A stretch of DNA of 64,000 bases from positions 19,103 to 83,102 of the forward strand of contig NIVC01003683.1 in NCBI GenBank assembly GCA_002269645.1. The letters run 5' to 3'. This document shows positions 25,698-39,410 of the stretch, piece after piece. This DNA is from Macrostomum lignano. Taxonomy: Eukaryota. The notes beneath the pieces were generated by a model, which made no database searches, was not told the DNA's origin, and saw only the letters and a program-made list of their open reading frames with translations. The position numbers and the translations under genes are program-made. Positions within the stretch are counted from its first letter, which is position 1; every line of letters begins with the position of its first letter.

Positions 25698-27536
25698 CCG
25701 ACATGAAAATTATAGAGAACACCATGTGTACCACGCTGTTGCTGACCGTCTTACACCAATTGAATCCCTGGTTACCTTGATACTTTACTTGCTATTCCCT
25801 CTTGCTACTATGCATCTCTTGCTATTAAGTCCCTACCCCTCTTCGAGTAAACAATACTGGTGCAATCTATCCCGTATTACGCGTTTATTTATGTAAAAAT
25901 TTTCTTTTTCTAATCGCGCCTTATTTTTATTTAAGCACTCTATTTTTGGTTATTTCTTTCTTACATATTTGCTTCAAAAATACCCTTCATATTTAATGCC
26001 TAATAATTGCCAGCAATCCTTTCATCTGATTTTTTTGTCTGATTAATACATATAAACTTATTTTTATCACCTACGAATTCAAGTGACACCATACTTGTCT
26101 TTTAATTCCTTACTTAAATACTTTTTGCTTTGTTTGCCGTTAAAGATTTTTGAAGTTTCGTAAAAAAAAAAATTGGCGCCCTTTCAAATACTATATTATT
26201 GTAAAACTCGCCGGGTAAATCTCAAACACAGAAGTAAAAAAATTGACAAAAAATAAAAGTTCAGTGGCATGGAAAATAATGCTTTACATCTAAAGATAAA
26301 AGAATAATATAATAATTTTTCTACTTAAAACCACAAGTAACCCTGAATTTCAAGAAAGTATGCTGTTTGTTTTTTCGAAGAGTATTTTGACAACGATTAA
26401 TACCGAAGACAAACAGTTTGTTTATTTAACTCACAAAATTGTAATTTTTGTTTTGTTAGAGTTATCTTTTTACTGGTTAGTAGTATTCATTAAAATCTTT
26501 TTTGTTTTTGATTAACATTTTGTTATAAATTGAAACTGTTTATAGTTACTAAATTTAACGTGCTATGAATCTGCCTGATTTATAATATAAACGGAATGCA
26601 CGGTACTTAAACCATTTTTTAATATATATCGAAAACACATACCGTTGACGGACTGATAACGGACGGAATTTATTATTGATGACAAAGAAACGATTTCAAC
26701 TGGGTTATTTATCTTTACTGAAATTTAATATGGTGATCGAAACCTGCAAATTGAAATTGTAATATTTGACATCGATATATGTATCTAGAGTGTTCATTCA
26801 GAACATATTTTAATTAGGTAAAGGCATTGAGTTTTTTCAAATTACACGTTTGCCTCTTTACTTCAACTGAATCATCTTTTTCAATTATCAAATTCCAAAC
26901 CATACCACAAAATTAACTATACTTTCCTTTAATTTCTTGCCAAAGAAGTAAAGAACTCGAAGTATTCTCTCAGTCTCTCATTCTAGTATGTTTCTAAAAA
27001 GCTAGAACTTGAAAATTCTTATAAATTTTCCTTTTGAACTTTTGATTAAGGTTCCCATCACCGATCAAATATATTGTCTGTAGAATTATTGTATATTCCC
27101 CATTTAATTTCTACTTTTAAATACGCAAGCAAAAACAGACCGAAACAGATACTTGAACTGCACTGGACTTAGGAAGTGCAGACCATAAAAAATCAATGAA
27201 AAGCGTACAGCTACTGGCACTGGGAAAATGTAAAACAGTAAAAAACGAGCCAAAATGATGCTGGCAAAAAAAGAAAAACGGAAAAACTTGCAGATTGGAA
27301 AATACTATGCAAAGCAGATATGGCACTGAAAACTATAGGAAAAATGGAAATGGCAAAGCAATACTAAAGCAAAACTGGGAACTAAAACATATATATATAT
27401 ATATGTTTTGTCCTGTCCCTTTTCGCGGCTCCTGTACGTGCCTCCCATCAGTAGTATAAAGTAAAGTAACCACTTGACTACTCTATCCCCGTGGGAAAAC
27501 CCAGAACCTTAAGTATCAGCTGGGTACAAAAAATTA

Positions 27537-28310
27537 CAAGGGGCGTCTCAAAAGTTCGTGCAATCGATCCATTTCTACCACAGACATCGCTCTAGTGGCT
27601 GCAGCTGTTACCACAGCTGTCCTGCGACCAGCAGCAGTCGTTTCCTGCGCACTTGAGCTATCTAGCTCGTATTTGCACCTTTCTCATTTCTTAGCTCGTA
27701 TTATTATAACCCCACCGCGATTGTCATCACCATTGCTTTCCCTCTTCGGTCGACGTCGCGGTTATGGGAGATGAACCGCAGGAAGAGCAGCGGTGGTAAA
27801 TTAAATCTGAATGGCTGCGAGGAATGCCAGCTGCACAAGTCACCTACAGCTTGTAGACGCGTACAGCAAGGATGAACTTTGCCAGCGCGATGTGTACAAG
27901 AGGTATGATCGCTTCAAGAGTGGCTGCACTTCGATCGACTCTGAATGAGCCAAGATCTGGGAGACCCCGGAAAGTGCGGACCGAGAGCAGCATCAAACTC
28001 ATCCGTGGTCTGCTGGAAATCGATCTGCGATGGACATGCAAAGAAATGGCGGAACTCAGTAAAGTTCCTTCATCCACCATCCACCAAACTCTCAAATGCA
28101 TAGAGGACCTGTGGCTGCAGTACGTCACTGTTCGATGGGTGCCGCATCATCTCGATGAGAGTCAGGAAGCTGGCAACAAGTCATCGTTGCCCAACAACTT
28201 TCTCGACGCTATCGACGAGAAAGCAACGAGTTGTCAAAATTGGTTGTGTATGTTGAATGACATTTACAGCTCAGCTCAAAGAGCAGGTGCTGCAGTAGCT
28301 GAATTTTGAA
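27537..28310 (+). mobile_element. Degenerate mariner (Tc1/mariner) element with a frameshifted transposase N-terminus
   Basis: TA followed by TIR-like caaggggcgtctcaaaagtt; motifs YDRFKSG, EPRSGRP and RWVPHHL in shifted frames with stops; no DDD domain. Confidence 0.85.
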
Positions 28311-30924
28311 GTCAATTTGTGTATCTCAGAAACCATATGAGAATGAGTTGTAATCATCTTCATGGTATCTGGTATCAATTTAAAGAAAATAAGTGTAGTA
28401 ATTTTAAGAATGTCAACATTAAAAATTGCCAAAATTTACAAAAAGGCATATAGACTCTCACTTTCTATTTTTGCATGTAAACACCGAGATAGCAGAGTTT
28501 AATTGAAAATGACTAAATAGAATAATATATATGGCATTCAGATTGCAAGGTAAACATATACTGCTACATATAGAAATAAATACAAATAGAAGTAGATAGA
28601 CTATGCTAGTGTTACTTGTAATGAACTTAACATACTCGTACAATGAATTACGCTGCTCCTTCGGATCTAGCATTAGATATGCTTCTTAATTAAAAAGGCT
28701 TTCTAAGGGGTCATTAAATACAATTAAAATATACAATACCAGCATTCTTTTTACTTTGACCTAAGCATATGATCTATTTCTAAGGGTTCCTGCCGTACCT
28801 ATTGTCCTTTGCTTATGCTAGCCAAAACAGCATTCAAATATGGTGATATTAGAGGAACATACTAAATAGATTGGCAGGAATAAATTAGAATTTTTCTGTG
28901 GATTACTGAGCGTTAGAGCTCAAGATATACTCATAAGATCAAAAGTGAATATCATTAGAAGTGAATCATCACAGATTTTCACACAAACATAAACAAAACT
29001 GCTTACTTAAGTATGCTACTTGGCTATAAATGGTTAAAACCCAATATAATGAACTTAATAAAGTCTATACTTCTTTAGTAAAATCACAAGAACATGCAAT
29101 GAAAAACTACTCTTTGTTTAGTATTTTTCTACATAATTAGAAGATTTGGGAACATTTACATGCTTATGAGCTGAGTAAACTTACACCTTACAGGAAATTT
29201 TGTGCTTATGAAAAAAGTCTAAATGTAACATCAATAGGCATAAGTAAGTAACAGTGCATTGACAGTCGCAGATAAAATGGAATAACAATATTTAAAATGT
29301 ATCTGAAAGAATGAATCACTGAAGATCATAATGGTTGGCATTGTTTATCAGAAAACTTACACCTTACAGGAACTTTTTAACAGTAGACAAATATCATGCA
29401 ATCGAGACAGGGCCAAATAAGTTCATAAATATTGAAAACACAGCGGTAAAACATCCACAAGCTCACAGATGAAGGTTTTCCCCAATATTTTCAGTCATTT
29501 TCCCATAGACAAATATATTACACGTGCACAAAAAAACATTATGAAACAAAAAAACGTACTTAAGATACAAGTCAGAAAAATACGTTTTTGGTCGCTATCG
29601 CCACAAAAAAACATAAACTTTGACTAAAAGTTTAAAAAAATATTTTTTAATCAGTTTTTTATGAACTAAATTTAAATTCATGTACAATTGCTTCTAATTT
29701 AACAATGAAATTCCTGATGTAAGAAAAAATTTGTTTATAACTTACGTACATTTCAATCTGAGATTTACCCCGCCGCACAGATCCCATTCTATCGAAATAA
29801 TATTAATATTAAATACACTGACATATACTGGCCAAACAGGCTTCTTGCCTGAGCCAAATTACTACTACTACTTACTACTACTACTTAGTCGGGCGCGATT
29901 AGTGCAAATTATCTATAGTCTATAGATATTGCTATATAACGTCGATGAAACTCATGCAACTAAGTTATTAAATTAACAACTCACTTGTCTTTGCCCTCTT
30001 TAAAGAAGAAAAGAAAATAGAAGAAAAAATTAAAGTAGGCCTACAAAAAGACAGTTACTAGTTAAAGCAAGCATGCGTCTGCTAATGTTGATATTTTCTA
30101 GCCTAAGCATCTTTTATTTATAGGCCTACTTCAATACTTGTACTCAAAACATTTAACTGCTCGGCTTAGGCATATTAGTATTATTAGGGGCCTATTCAAT
30201 ATCGAAAATATTGCCCAGCTAAGCCTAAATAGGCCTAACTTTACATAGCCATAACATAGGCCTAGGCCCTACAAAATTTTGGCAATCTTGCAAGATAGCT
30301 CAGAAATCATTGAAAAAATAATTTAACGAACAAAACTTGAAGATTGCCAAAATTTTTTAAATTGGCCCCTATGCAAAATGTTGTTTGGAAACTGGCATTC
30401 ATTTAATAATTAATAGACCCATTTTTTAATTAAAATAGTAAATCAATGTTGAATTGTAACTATTTTATCAGGTGACTATTATTACAAAGTTAATATTTTT
30501 TGTTTATATATATACTCAGAAACAGTAAAAAGTTGCCACCCATTTGTCCCAGTGAGCATGAGTGCCTTTCGACCAATGTCTATCACCTCACTTGGCCAGC
30601 CATTTTGATATTTAAAAATGCTTGAAAAACAATTAAAACAGGTGAAAGCTTTAATCCATCCAATCTTCGCCCTCTGCTCCACTCTTCCCAATCCCTCTTC
30701 CTGCTCTTCGCCCTCCGCGTGGTGCAAGTTGCGTCACTCAAAAGTCAAACTGAGCTGGAATTTACTGTGCACTCTCAAAAGTGGCGACTTTTTAGTTTTT
30801 AATGTTGTTGAGTATATTTAGCTCATTATAGGCCTAATCTAATGTCAATATATTAAGCTAGGTCTGTTACTTTATTAATAATTAGACCTTACCTAAAGTA
30901 TATTTAAGTTGGAAATTAAGTTGG

Positions 30925-31545
30925 TGCCAATAATTTCAATTTTATCCACATGGATAAATGTCAATAATGCCAGCTTATCCCCATAGCAGCTTATTGAAAT
31001 AGCTGCCACCATTCACGTCTAGCTCATATAGGCCATGTCAATAATTCCAATTTTATCCACACAAATCCATGTTAATAATTTTCAGCTTATCCTCATTCCC
31101 CACTGTGGGGACCCCATAGCTAAGATCGTGCAGCTGTTTGTGTTTAGCTTTGTGTATCAATGTTAAATTGATACTGTCATTATTATTAATATTATTATCA
31201 TTATTATTATATCTTGAATTTTTTTAATTTTGCAAGTCTCATTTAGCTTAGCTCAATCTTTGGGTCATTTGGTTGTTCTAAGCAAAGCTAGCAGCTAAGC
31301 AAATATTTAAAATTAACCCTTTTAATGACAAAAAGTTTTAGCAAAGTACTTGATACTATTCAATATTTAATACATGTAGTTTATTTAGAAGAATTGTAAA
31401 ACAGTAAAAACAAAAAGACAATTTCTGAACAGATTCGTTTTAAGGTTCTTTATTCCAATTCCAATAAGCTGCCATAGGGATAAGCTGGAAATTATTGACA
31501 CAGATCCATGTGGATAAAATTGGAATTATTGGCATGGGACTGTAA
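30925..31545. mobile_element. Fold-back/MITE-like element with about 75-bp imperfect inverted arms
   Basis: gccaataatttcaattttatccacatggat...cagcttatcccc at 30925-31000 is inverted at 31455-31540; a direct copy lies near 31035. Confidence 0.55.
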
Positions 31546-34500
31546 GGATAAGCACTTCTATTTAAGTTTGCATAGGCTCCTATTATATTATTTTTAGGCT
31601 AGCCTTTAAATGAAAAGAAGACACTATTCATCAATAGTAATTTTATATTTTTATTAGTAGGGGGCCTAAGAATGGCACAAAAATTCATTTTTATCTAGGC
31701 TAATTCAAGTCACAAAAGGCTAGGGCTAGGCCCTTGGATTGTAGACCCTTTGTTATCTGCCACTTTATTAGCCTTAGATGACAAACTAACCTAAATTGTT
31801 TTATTGTTGATTAATAAATGACAAAGTGACAAGATAAACCTAATCAATTGTTGTTTACTTGGTTTATTTTTTATGCGCAGTGTACATATGCAGCCTAAAT
31901 TTTAAGATTATCAAAGCTTCGTATATCAGAATGCACAAACCCAACCTAAATGTGCAGCTTGCTGGCAATGGGGTGGAGCGTGAGCTAAGAATACTGTGAG
32001 CAGAGCTGTGCCTATTTATTATTTTTTTCTCTCTCACTTTGTTGTGTACTTGGCACTTTCTAAATTCTACCAGACTGATTTGACCCACCTCTGGATTGTA
32101 CAGTGATTTTTGCTTAAATATATTGGTGGTATGATCTTAGGTTCAGTGAATTTGCCCTGATGACGTCTAGTGTTTGACAAAACGCATTGGCTAGAATTAA
32201 ACAAAGTTTACTTTTTATGTTTGTGTTGACGTTTATTTTCTTACTAAATTTTAAAATTGCACCTTGAAATTGAAAAGTAAGTGTGATAAAGAATAGATAT
32301 AGTCATAGATATAGAAAAATTAAGTAGAATATTTGAATTAAATAAGAATATTGCAAAAAAACAAAAAAAAATTTTTTGCAAAAGCTAAGTAAAAAATAAT
32401 GCAAAAAAGAAAAAAAAGATTTTTGTAAACCAAAAAAAGGATTTATACAAGGGCATCGCCATGGAATGATAGAAGGGACAAAGCCAAGAAAAGTAATGTT
32501 GCTTTTCATTATATCTTTCATTTTGCTAATCCAAATAATATCATTTTGCACAAATTTATAATAGCAACTTTTTTCTTCATATTAGCTTTAATTATCATTA
32601 AAAATAGACATACATAGGCAACCTTGGGAATCACTAAGCCATTTCTATTGGCAACATACACATGTAAGTTGCTATTGGCTAAGAGCAGTCACGTGACTAC
32701 TTTTCTATCCAATAGCAACTTACATGAATGTGTTGCTAATAGAAATGGCCAGGTGAATCCCTAGGTTGCACCCAAGCATGGAAATACACAATGGAAACAA
32801 AATTTATGAACAAAAATGTAGCAAGAGTTCCACCATAGAATTCATTATAAATTATTCTATTATCTATTATCCATTAAATAATATAATTATATCTGCAATA
32901 TATTTCATTTGTTTGTATAAAAGTAAGATAAGGATATGTCTAAATTAAGATGGGTAGATATTTCACTAATTTTTATTGCTTTCAACAGTATATAAGTCTA
33001 TGTCAATGTCTACTTATCTTTTGGCACTGACATAGAGCTATGGCTATGGTGAGCTAGCAGTCTTCTATAGTTTGCTGCAAAGTGCCCTAGCTTTAGATAT
33101 TAAGGCTGATTTAGTCAAAACTACCATCCTAAACAAACTTGTAATACAATAAACTAATGTGTGTATGTATACTTTATCCCAGACATACCATATCTGCACT
33201 AATCAAGACATCAGCTACACTCCTGCCATCTACTGCTCTTATTGTTATTGCTATTGCTACTGCTATTGGGTTGGCCAAAGTGGGAGCAAAGTTCTTTCCT
33301 CTTTACAATTTACAATTATAACTGTTTTCTTTTTTATGTAATTGTATTGTAGTTGCCTGCCTTGCAAAGATATTAATTTGCTAAAATACTTTTCTCCTTT
33401 TTCTCCTTCTCCTTTTCTCCTTTAGCATGCACATTGACCAAGTCACAAAACCTTCACTGAATATGCTATCATATAGCCATGTGTATCTACATAGACACTA
33501 GCCCCTATGCTTTATGCTTATTTGGGTTTTTTGTGTCACAGGCTTGCCATGACATGTCAAAATTAAAAATGGCATAATAATTTTGATACTGTTATGCCAA
33601 AATGGCATAACAATTTTGCCATTATGCCATTGCCAAACTGCCAATGCTAAATCCCCAATTCCAAATTTCAATTTTGCTTTTAAATTTGTTCAAATATTAC
33701 CTTGTTTGTCACTATAATCATCCTTAAGCTCAAGTCCTCATGTCATGTTGTACATTGTGTATACTTGCTGGTTGCCAAACTGGCAAGCTATTATCATTCC
33801 TATCTGAATCTGAAAGGAAAAACTAAATATGGCCTCACAAAGTGCTATTTTCTATTTATGCCAATGGCATGTCAAAATTTGAAATGGCATAACAATTTTG
33901 ACAAAAAACCTAGGTGCTCATAACTCATGTCCTATGGTGGATGTCAATAATAAATTGGTCATTTGGAAATTATAGTGTATCATTCTCGTGTAGACAAAAA
34001 GAAAAGCAATGCTAACAAAAATATAGTTTTATATTGCCAAAATGTTCTTGTCATATATATAATCATTAGTGCTAATTAATTTCTTCATCTAAGTTAACAC
34101 AACAAGCAATCTATTTATACTTAAAAAATTGTAAATTACAATTGAAGTACAAGTCTCAAGTTGGTTCAGCTCAATGTTGTAAAAATATATAGAGTGAAAA
34201 ATAGAGTAGAAAAGGATATTGTATATATAGCCTATAGTGCTCTCATTGACATAGCATGACTAGGTGATAGGGCAGCCAAGCAGGTATGGTATGTTGCAAA
34301 ACTGATCAACCAAGTACCAAAAATTGTAAGGGAGTGCATAGAACAAAAATAGAACAAAACAAATAGGAAAAATCTGTAGAATATATCAGGCATAGTATAA
34401 AGTTTTTCATTTTGATTCTAAGAGGGTTATCTAGACTATCAGTAGGCAGTAGTCATATTAGTAGTTGTCTTTCTACAGATTCAGGACTACTTTTGGTCAT

Positions 34501-34690
34501 TTCATTTTGTGCCTTGAAATACTTTTAAAAAGAACCAGTGTTTTCTGGTTTCAAAACTTGAAAATTTCAACATTATCTTTTAATTGTTGTTTTAACCCAG
34601 ACTTTGCTTATTGCCTGAATGCATGCAAGAAAGTCTAGGCCGCTTTCTTCCCCAGGAGAAAGAATAAGCAAAGCAAGTGAAATTCAAGTC

Positions 34691-35083
34691 ATGGCCAGCG
34701 CAGACCTGCAGTGGGAGCTCATCAAGCGGAACAGCTGTTTCCTAGTCAAACGCGGCCGCAAAGCATTCTCAACTGAGGCTGGCAATCTGAAATGCCGCAA
34801 CAGCTTCAATTCAAATGGCCTGATCCATCGCAGGACTGTTGGCATCGAGGCCCCGACTGCCGGCAAGTCTGGCGTTGTTCTCGTGCTGCGCAACCAGCGC
34901 CAGGCCAACCGGCCCGCCCGCAGCCACTCCCAGGTGCCGCTGCAGCGCCGGGGTCCGCGCGGCGTGCTGGGCTCCATTAAGAAGATTCTGCGACAGAGGC
35001 GCTACCGGCGCGACCTGGAACTGGCGGCTCTGCGTCGGGCGTCGGCCATTATGAGGGGCCAGCGGAAGATCGGTGGAAAGTGA
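34691..35083 (+). CDS. RPL28: 60S ribosomal protein eL28
   Basis: MASADLQWELIKRNSCFLVKR...FSTEAGNLKCRNSFNSNGLIHRRTVGI...YRRDLELAALRRASAI matches the eL28 family; intronless CDS. Confidence 0.93.
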   Translation: MASADLQWELIKRNSCFLVKRGRKAFSTEAGNLKCRNSFNSNGLIHRRTVGIEAPTAGKSGVVLVLRNQRQANRPARSHSQVPLQRRGPRGVLGSIKKILRQRRYRRDLELAALRRASAIMRGQRKIGGK

Positions 35084-35289
35084 CTTGACAAACCAATTTG
35101 AGTAGCTTGCGATGAGTAAGGCTTTGCTGAGAACTGACGCTTCTCTGTGCGTTTGCTGTTTGAATTGAGATGAAGTCTAAATAAACAAATCTGACAAAAT
35201 GATTTGAGATCGAACTGTCGCTGGACTCACTCTGGCTCTTGGAATAAAACCCACATGTAGTCTTGTGTGATCTGTTGCTGAAAGAAAGG

Positions 35290-37005
35290 CCAAAATCACA
35301 GTCTGGCTGAAATGAGAGGCGCCTCAAGTCACAGTCTGTAGTTGAAATGAGAGGCGCCTCAAATCACAGTCTATCTGAAATGAGAGGCACCTCAAGTCAC
35401 AGTCTTTAGCTGCAATAAGAGGCACCTCAAGTCACAGTCTTTAGCTGCAATGAGAGGCACCTCAAGTCACAGTCTGTAGCTGAAATGAGAGGCACCTCAA
35501 GTCACAGTCTTTAGCTGCAATGAGAGGCACCTCAAGTCACAGTCTTTAGCTGCAATGAGAGGCACCTCAAGTCACAGTCTGTAGCTGAAATGAGAGGCAC
35601 CTCAAGTCACAGTCTGTAGCTGAAATGAGAGGCACCTCAAGTCACAGTCTTTAGCTGCAATGAGAGGCACCTCAAGTCACAGTCTTTAGCTGCAATGAGA
35701 GGCACCTCAAGTCACAGTCTTTAGCTGCAATAAGAGGCACCTCAAGTCACAGTCTTTAGCTGCAATGAGAGGCACCTCAAGTCACAGTCTTTAGCTGCAA
35801 TGAGAGGCACCTCAAGTCACAGTCTGTAGCTGAAATGAGAGGCACCTCAAGTCACAGTCTTTAGCTGCAATGAGAGGCACCTCAAGTCACAGTCTTTAGC
35901 TGCAATGAGAGGCACCTCAAGTCACAGTCTTTAGCTGCAATAAGAGGCACCTCAAGTCACAGTCTTTAGCTGCAATGAGAGGCACCTCAAGTCACAGTCT
36001 TTAGCTGCAATGAGAGGCACCTCAAGTCACAGTCTGTAGCTGAAATGAGAGGCACCTCAAGTCACATGATAGCTGCATGAAATGAGAGGCAACCCAAGTC
36101 ACATGATAGCTGCATGAAATGAGAGACAACCCAAGTCACATGATAGCTGCATGAAATGAGAGACAACCCAAGTCACATGATAGCTGCATGAAATGAGAGG
36201 CAACCCAAGTCACATGATAGCTGCATGAAATGAGAGACAACCCAAGTCACATGATAGCTGCATGAAATGAGAGACAACCCAAGTCACATGATAGCTGCAT
36301 GAAATGAGAGGCAACCCAAGTCACATGATAGCTGCATGAAATGAGAGACAACCCAAGTCACATGATAGCTGCATGAAATGAGAGACAACCCAAGTCACAT
36401 GATAGCTGCATGAAATGAGAGACAACCCAAGTCACATGATAGCTGCATGAAATGAGAGGCAACCCAAGTCACATGATAGCTGCATGAAATGAGAGACAAC
36501 CCAAGTCACATGATAGCTGCATGAAATGAGAGGCAACCCAAGTCACATGATAGCTGCATGAAATGAGAGGCAACCAAAGTCACATGATAGCTGCATGAAA
36601 TGAGAGACAACCCAAGTCACATGATAGCTGCATGAAATGAGAGACAACCCAAGTCACATGATAGCTGCATGAAATGAGAGGCAACCAAAGTCACATGATA
36701 GCTGCATGAAATGAGAGACAACCCAAGTCACATGATAGCTGCATGAAATGAGAGACAACCCAAGTCACATGATAGCTGCATGAAATGAGAGGCAACCCAA
36801 GTCACATGATAGCTGCATGAAATGAGAGGCAACCAAAGTCACATGATAGCTGCATGAAATGAGAGACAACCCAAGTCACATGATAGCTGCATGAAATGAG
36901 AGGCAACCCAAGTCACATGATTGCTGCATGAAATGAGAGACAACCCAAGTCACATGATAGCTGCATGAAATGAGAGGCAACCCAAGTCACATGATAGCTG
37001 CATGT
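35290..37005. repeat. Compound satellite: 35-bp unit switching to a related 37-bp unit at about 36065
   Basis: aagtcacagtctttagctgcaatgagaggcacctc, then aagtcacatgatagctgcatgaaatgagaggcaaccc. Confidence 0.95.
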
Positions 37006-37039
37006 GACTAGCTGCTTCCCCTAAATAGAAAATATTCCC

Positions 37040-37445
37040 AAGACAGCAAGCACCCCCCTCCAAAAGTAAACAACCGCAGATAGCAAGCATCCTCTAATGC
37101 TCATAGCAAGCATCACCCCAGATAGCAAGCATCTGCAGATAGCAAGCATCCCCCAGATAGAAGCATCCACCCAGATAGCAAGCATCCTGCAGATAGCGAG
37201 CACCCCCCAGATATTATCGAAGCATCCACCCATATAGCAAGCATCCTGCAGATAGCGAACACCCCCCCAGATATTATCGAAGCATCCACCCAAATAGCAA
37301 GCATCCTGCAGATAGCAAGAATCCCTAAATAGCAAGCCTCCCTGGATAGAAGGAATCCCATACATGTAGCCAGTACCCCCCTCCCAAATAGCAAGTATAC
37401 CCCCTCGAGAGCAAGCATCCTCCAGATAGCAAGCATCCGCGAGAC
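37040..37445. repeat. Degenerate repeat with gatagcaagcatcc cores
   Basis: Direct reading. Confidence 0.8.
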
Positions 37446-37639
37446 AGCAAGTAGCTAGTGCAAATGTTACCTCCGCTAATGCAATAATCGCTTTCTCAGG
37501 TTGTGCAACAATCCACGTCTCAGTGAGCGCAATAATCTCTTTTTTAGACAGCGCAATAATCAGCTTCTCAGCTAGTGCAATAATACTTTACTCATCAAGT
37601 CCAAAAATCGATGTCTCAGCTAGTGCAATAGCCCTTTCT

Positions 37640-38335
37640 AATCTAGTGCAATAATCCTTGGTTTATCGAGTGCAATAATCCTTGGTTTATCAAGTGCTAC
37701 CAGTATATTCCTTGTTATCAAAGTGCGATAATCCTTGGCTTATCAAGTGCAATATTCTTTATTAGCAAGTGCATAATCTTTGGCTTATCAAGTGCAATAA
37801 TCCTTGGCTTATCAAGTGCAATAATCCTTGGTTTATCAAGGGCAGTAATCTTTGGCTTATCAAGTGCAATAATCCTTGGCTTATCAAGTGCAATAATCCT
37901 TGGTTTATCAAGGGCAGTAATCTTTGGCTTATCAAGTGCAAAAATCTTTGTTTTATCAAGCGCAGTAATCTTTGGCTTATCAAGTGCAATAATCATTGGC
38001 TTATCAAGTGCAATAATCCTTGGTTTATCAAGTGCAAAAATCCTTACAGTAATCCTTGGTTTATCCAGTGCAATAACCCTTGGTTTATCAAGTGCAGTAG
38101 TCCTTGGTTTATCAAGTGCAGTAATCCTTGGTTTATCAAGCGCAGTAATCCTTGGTTTATCAAGCGCAGTAATCCTTGGTTTATCAAGTGCAATAATCCT
38201 TGGTTTATCAGGTGCAATATTATTTGGTTTATCAAGCGCAGTAATCATTGGTTTATCAAGTGCAGTAGTCCTTGATTTATCAAGCGCAGTAATCCTTGGT
38301 TTATCAAGTGCAATAATCCTTGGTTTATCTAGCGC
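37640..38335. repeat. 24-bp minisatellite (gtgcaataatccttggtttatcaa)
   Basis: Gives the 8-aa LDKPRIIA pseudo-ORF. Confidence 0.92.
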
Positions 38336-38374
38336 CATAATTCAGGTCTTTTTAATTAGTTTTTTAATAAAAGC

Positions 38375-39410
38375 TAATAAAAAGTAGAAAACATTCTTAC
38401 GAGGGGTGTCCCAAAAGTTCCCGGAATGTCTAACGTAGCTCTTCAACAGAGCCATGAAATTTCACGCCCATGAAAATGAAAAACTCCAAAAATGGAGATG
38501 AAAAAATTATTGCCATAGATTGTTGAGGTTGTGTAACACTACCCCTGACCTTTGCGCACGTTTCTTGCTGTAGCTCTTGAATAAAAAAAGATATCAACAT
38601 GATTTTAACTTTGTATTCTTTGTGACAAAATTTCCTTTCATTTGACACCATGGGCGTGAAATTTCATGGCTCTGTTGAAGAGCTACGTTAGACATTCCGG
38701 GAACTTTTGGGACACCCCTCGTAGAATACAAAGTAGAAAAGATTCTTAGAATACAAAGTAAAAGTCATTCTTAGAATACAAAGTAGAAGAAATTCTTAGA
38801 ATACAAAGTAGAAGACATTCTTAGAATACAAAGTAGAAGAAATTCTTAGAATACAAAGTAGAAGAAATTCTTCGAATACAAAGTAGAAGACATTCTTAGA
38901 ATACAAAGTAGAAGAAATTCTTAGAATACAAAGTAGAAGAAATTCTTCGAATACAAAGTAGAAGTCATTCTTAGAATACAAAGTAGAAGACAATCTTCGA
39001 ATAGAAAGTAGAATACATTTTAGAATGCAAAGTAGAAGACATTCTTCGAATAGAAAGTAGAAGAGATTCTTAGAATAGAAAGTAGAAGACATTCTTAGAA
39101 TACAAAGTAGAAGACATTCTTCGAATAGAAAGTTGAAAAGATTCTTGAATACAAAGTAGAAGACATTCTTCGAATAGAAAGTAGAAAAGATTCTTAGAAT
39201 ACAAAGTAGAAGAAATTCTTCGAATACAAAGTAGAATACATTTTTAGAATGCAGAGTAGAAGACATTCTTCGAATAAAAAGTAGAAGAGATTCTTAGAAT
39301 ACAAAGTAGAAGTCATTCTTAGAATACAAATTAGAAGAGATTCTTAGAATAGAAAGTAGAAGAGATTCTTAGAATAGAAAGTAGAAGAGATTCTTAGAAT
39401 ACAAAGTAGA
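38375..39410. repeat. 25-bp AT-rich satellite (gaatacaaagtagaagacattctta)
   Basis: Period of 25 (38771, 38796); the first unit is interrupted by the MITE. Confidence 0.92.
38400..38721. mobile_element. Mariner-type MITE, 322 bp, 73-bp perfect TIRs, TA TSD
   Basis: 38400-38472 is the exact inverse of 38649-38721; TA at 38398-38399 and 38722-38723; terminus resembles the mariner end at 27537. Confidence 0.92.

Noticed and set aside
26250-27050. Coding-like AT-rich stretch, possibly a decayed viral or transposon ORF
   Set aside because: Multiple stops in all frames and no identifiable motif.
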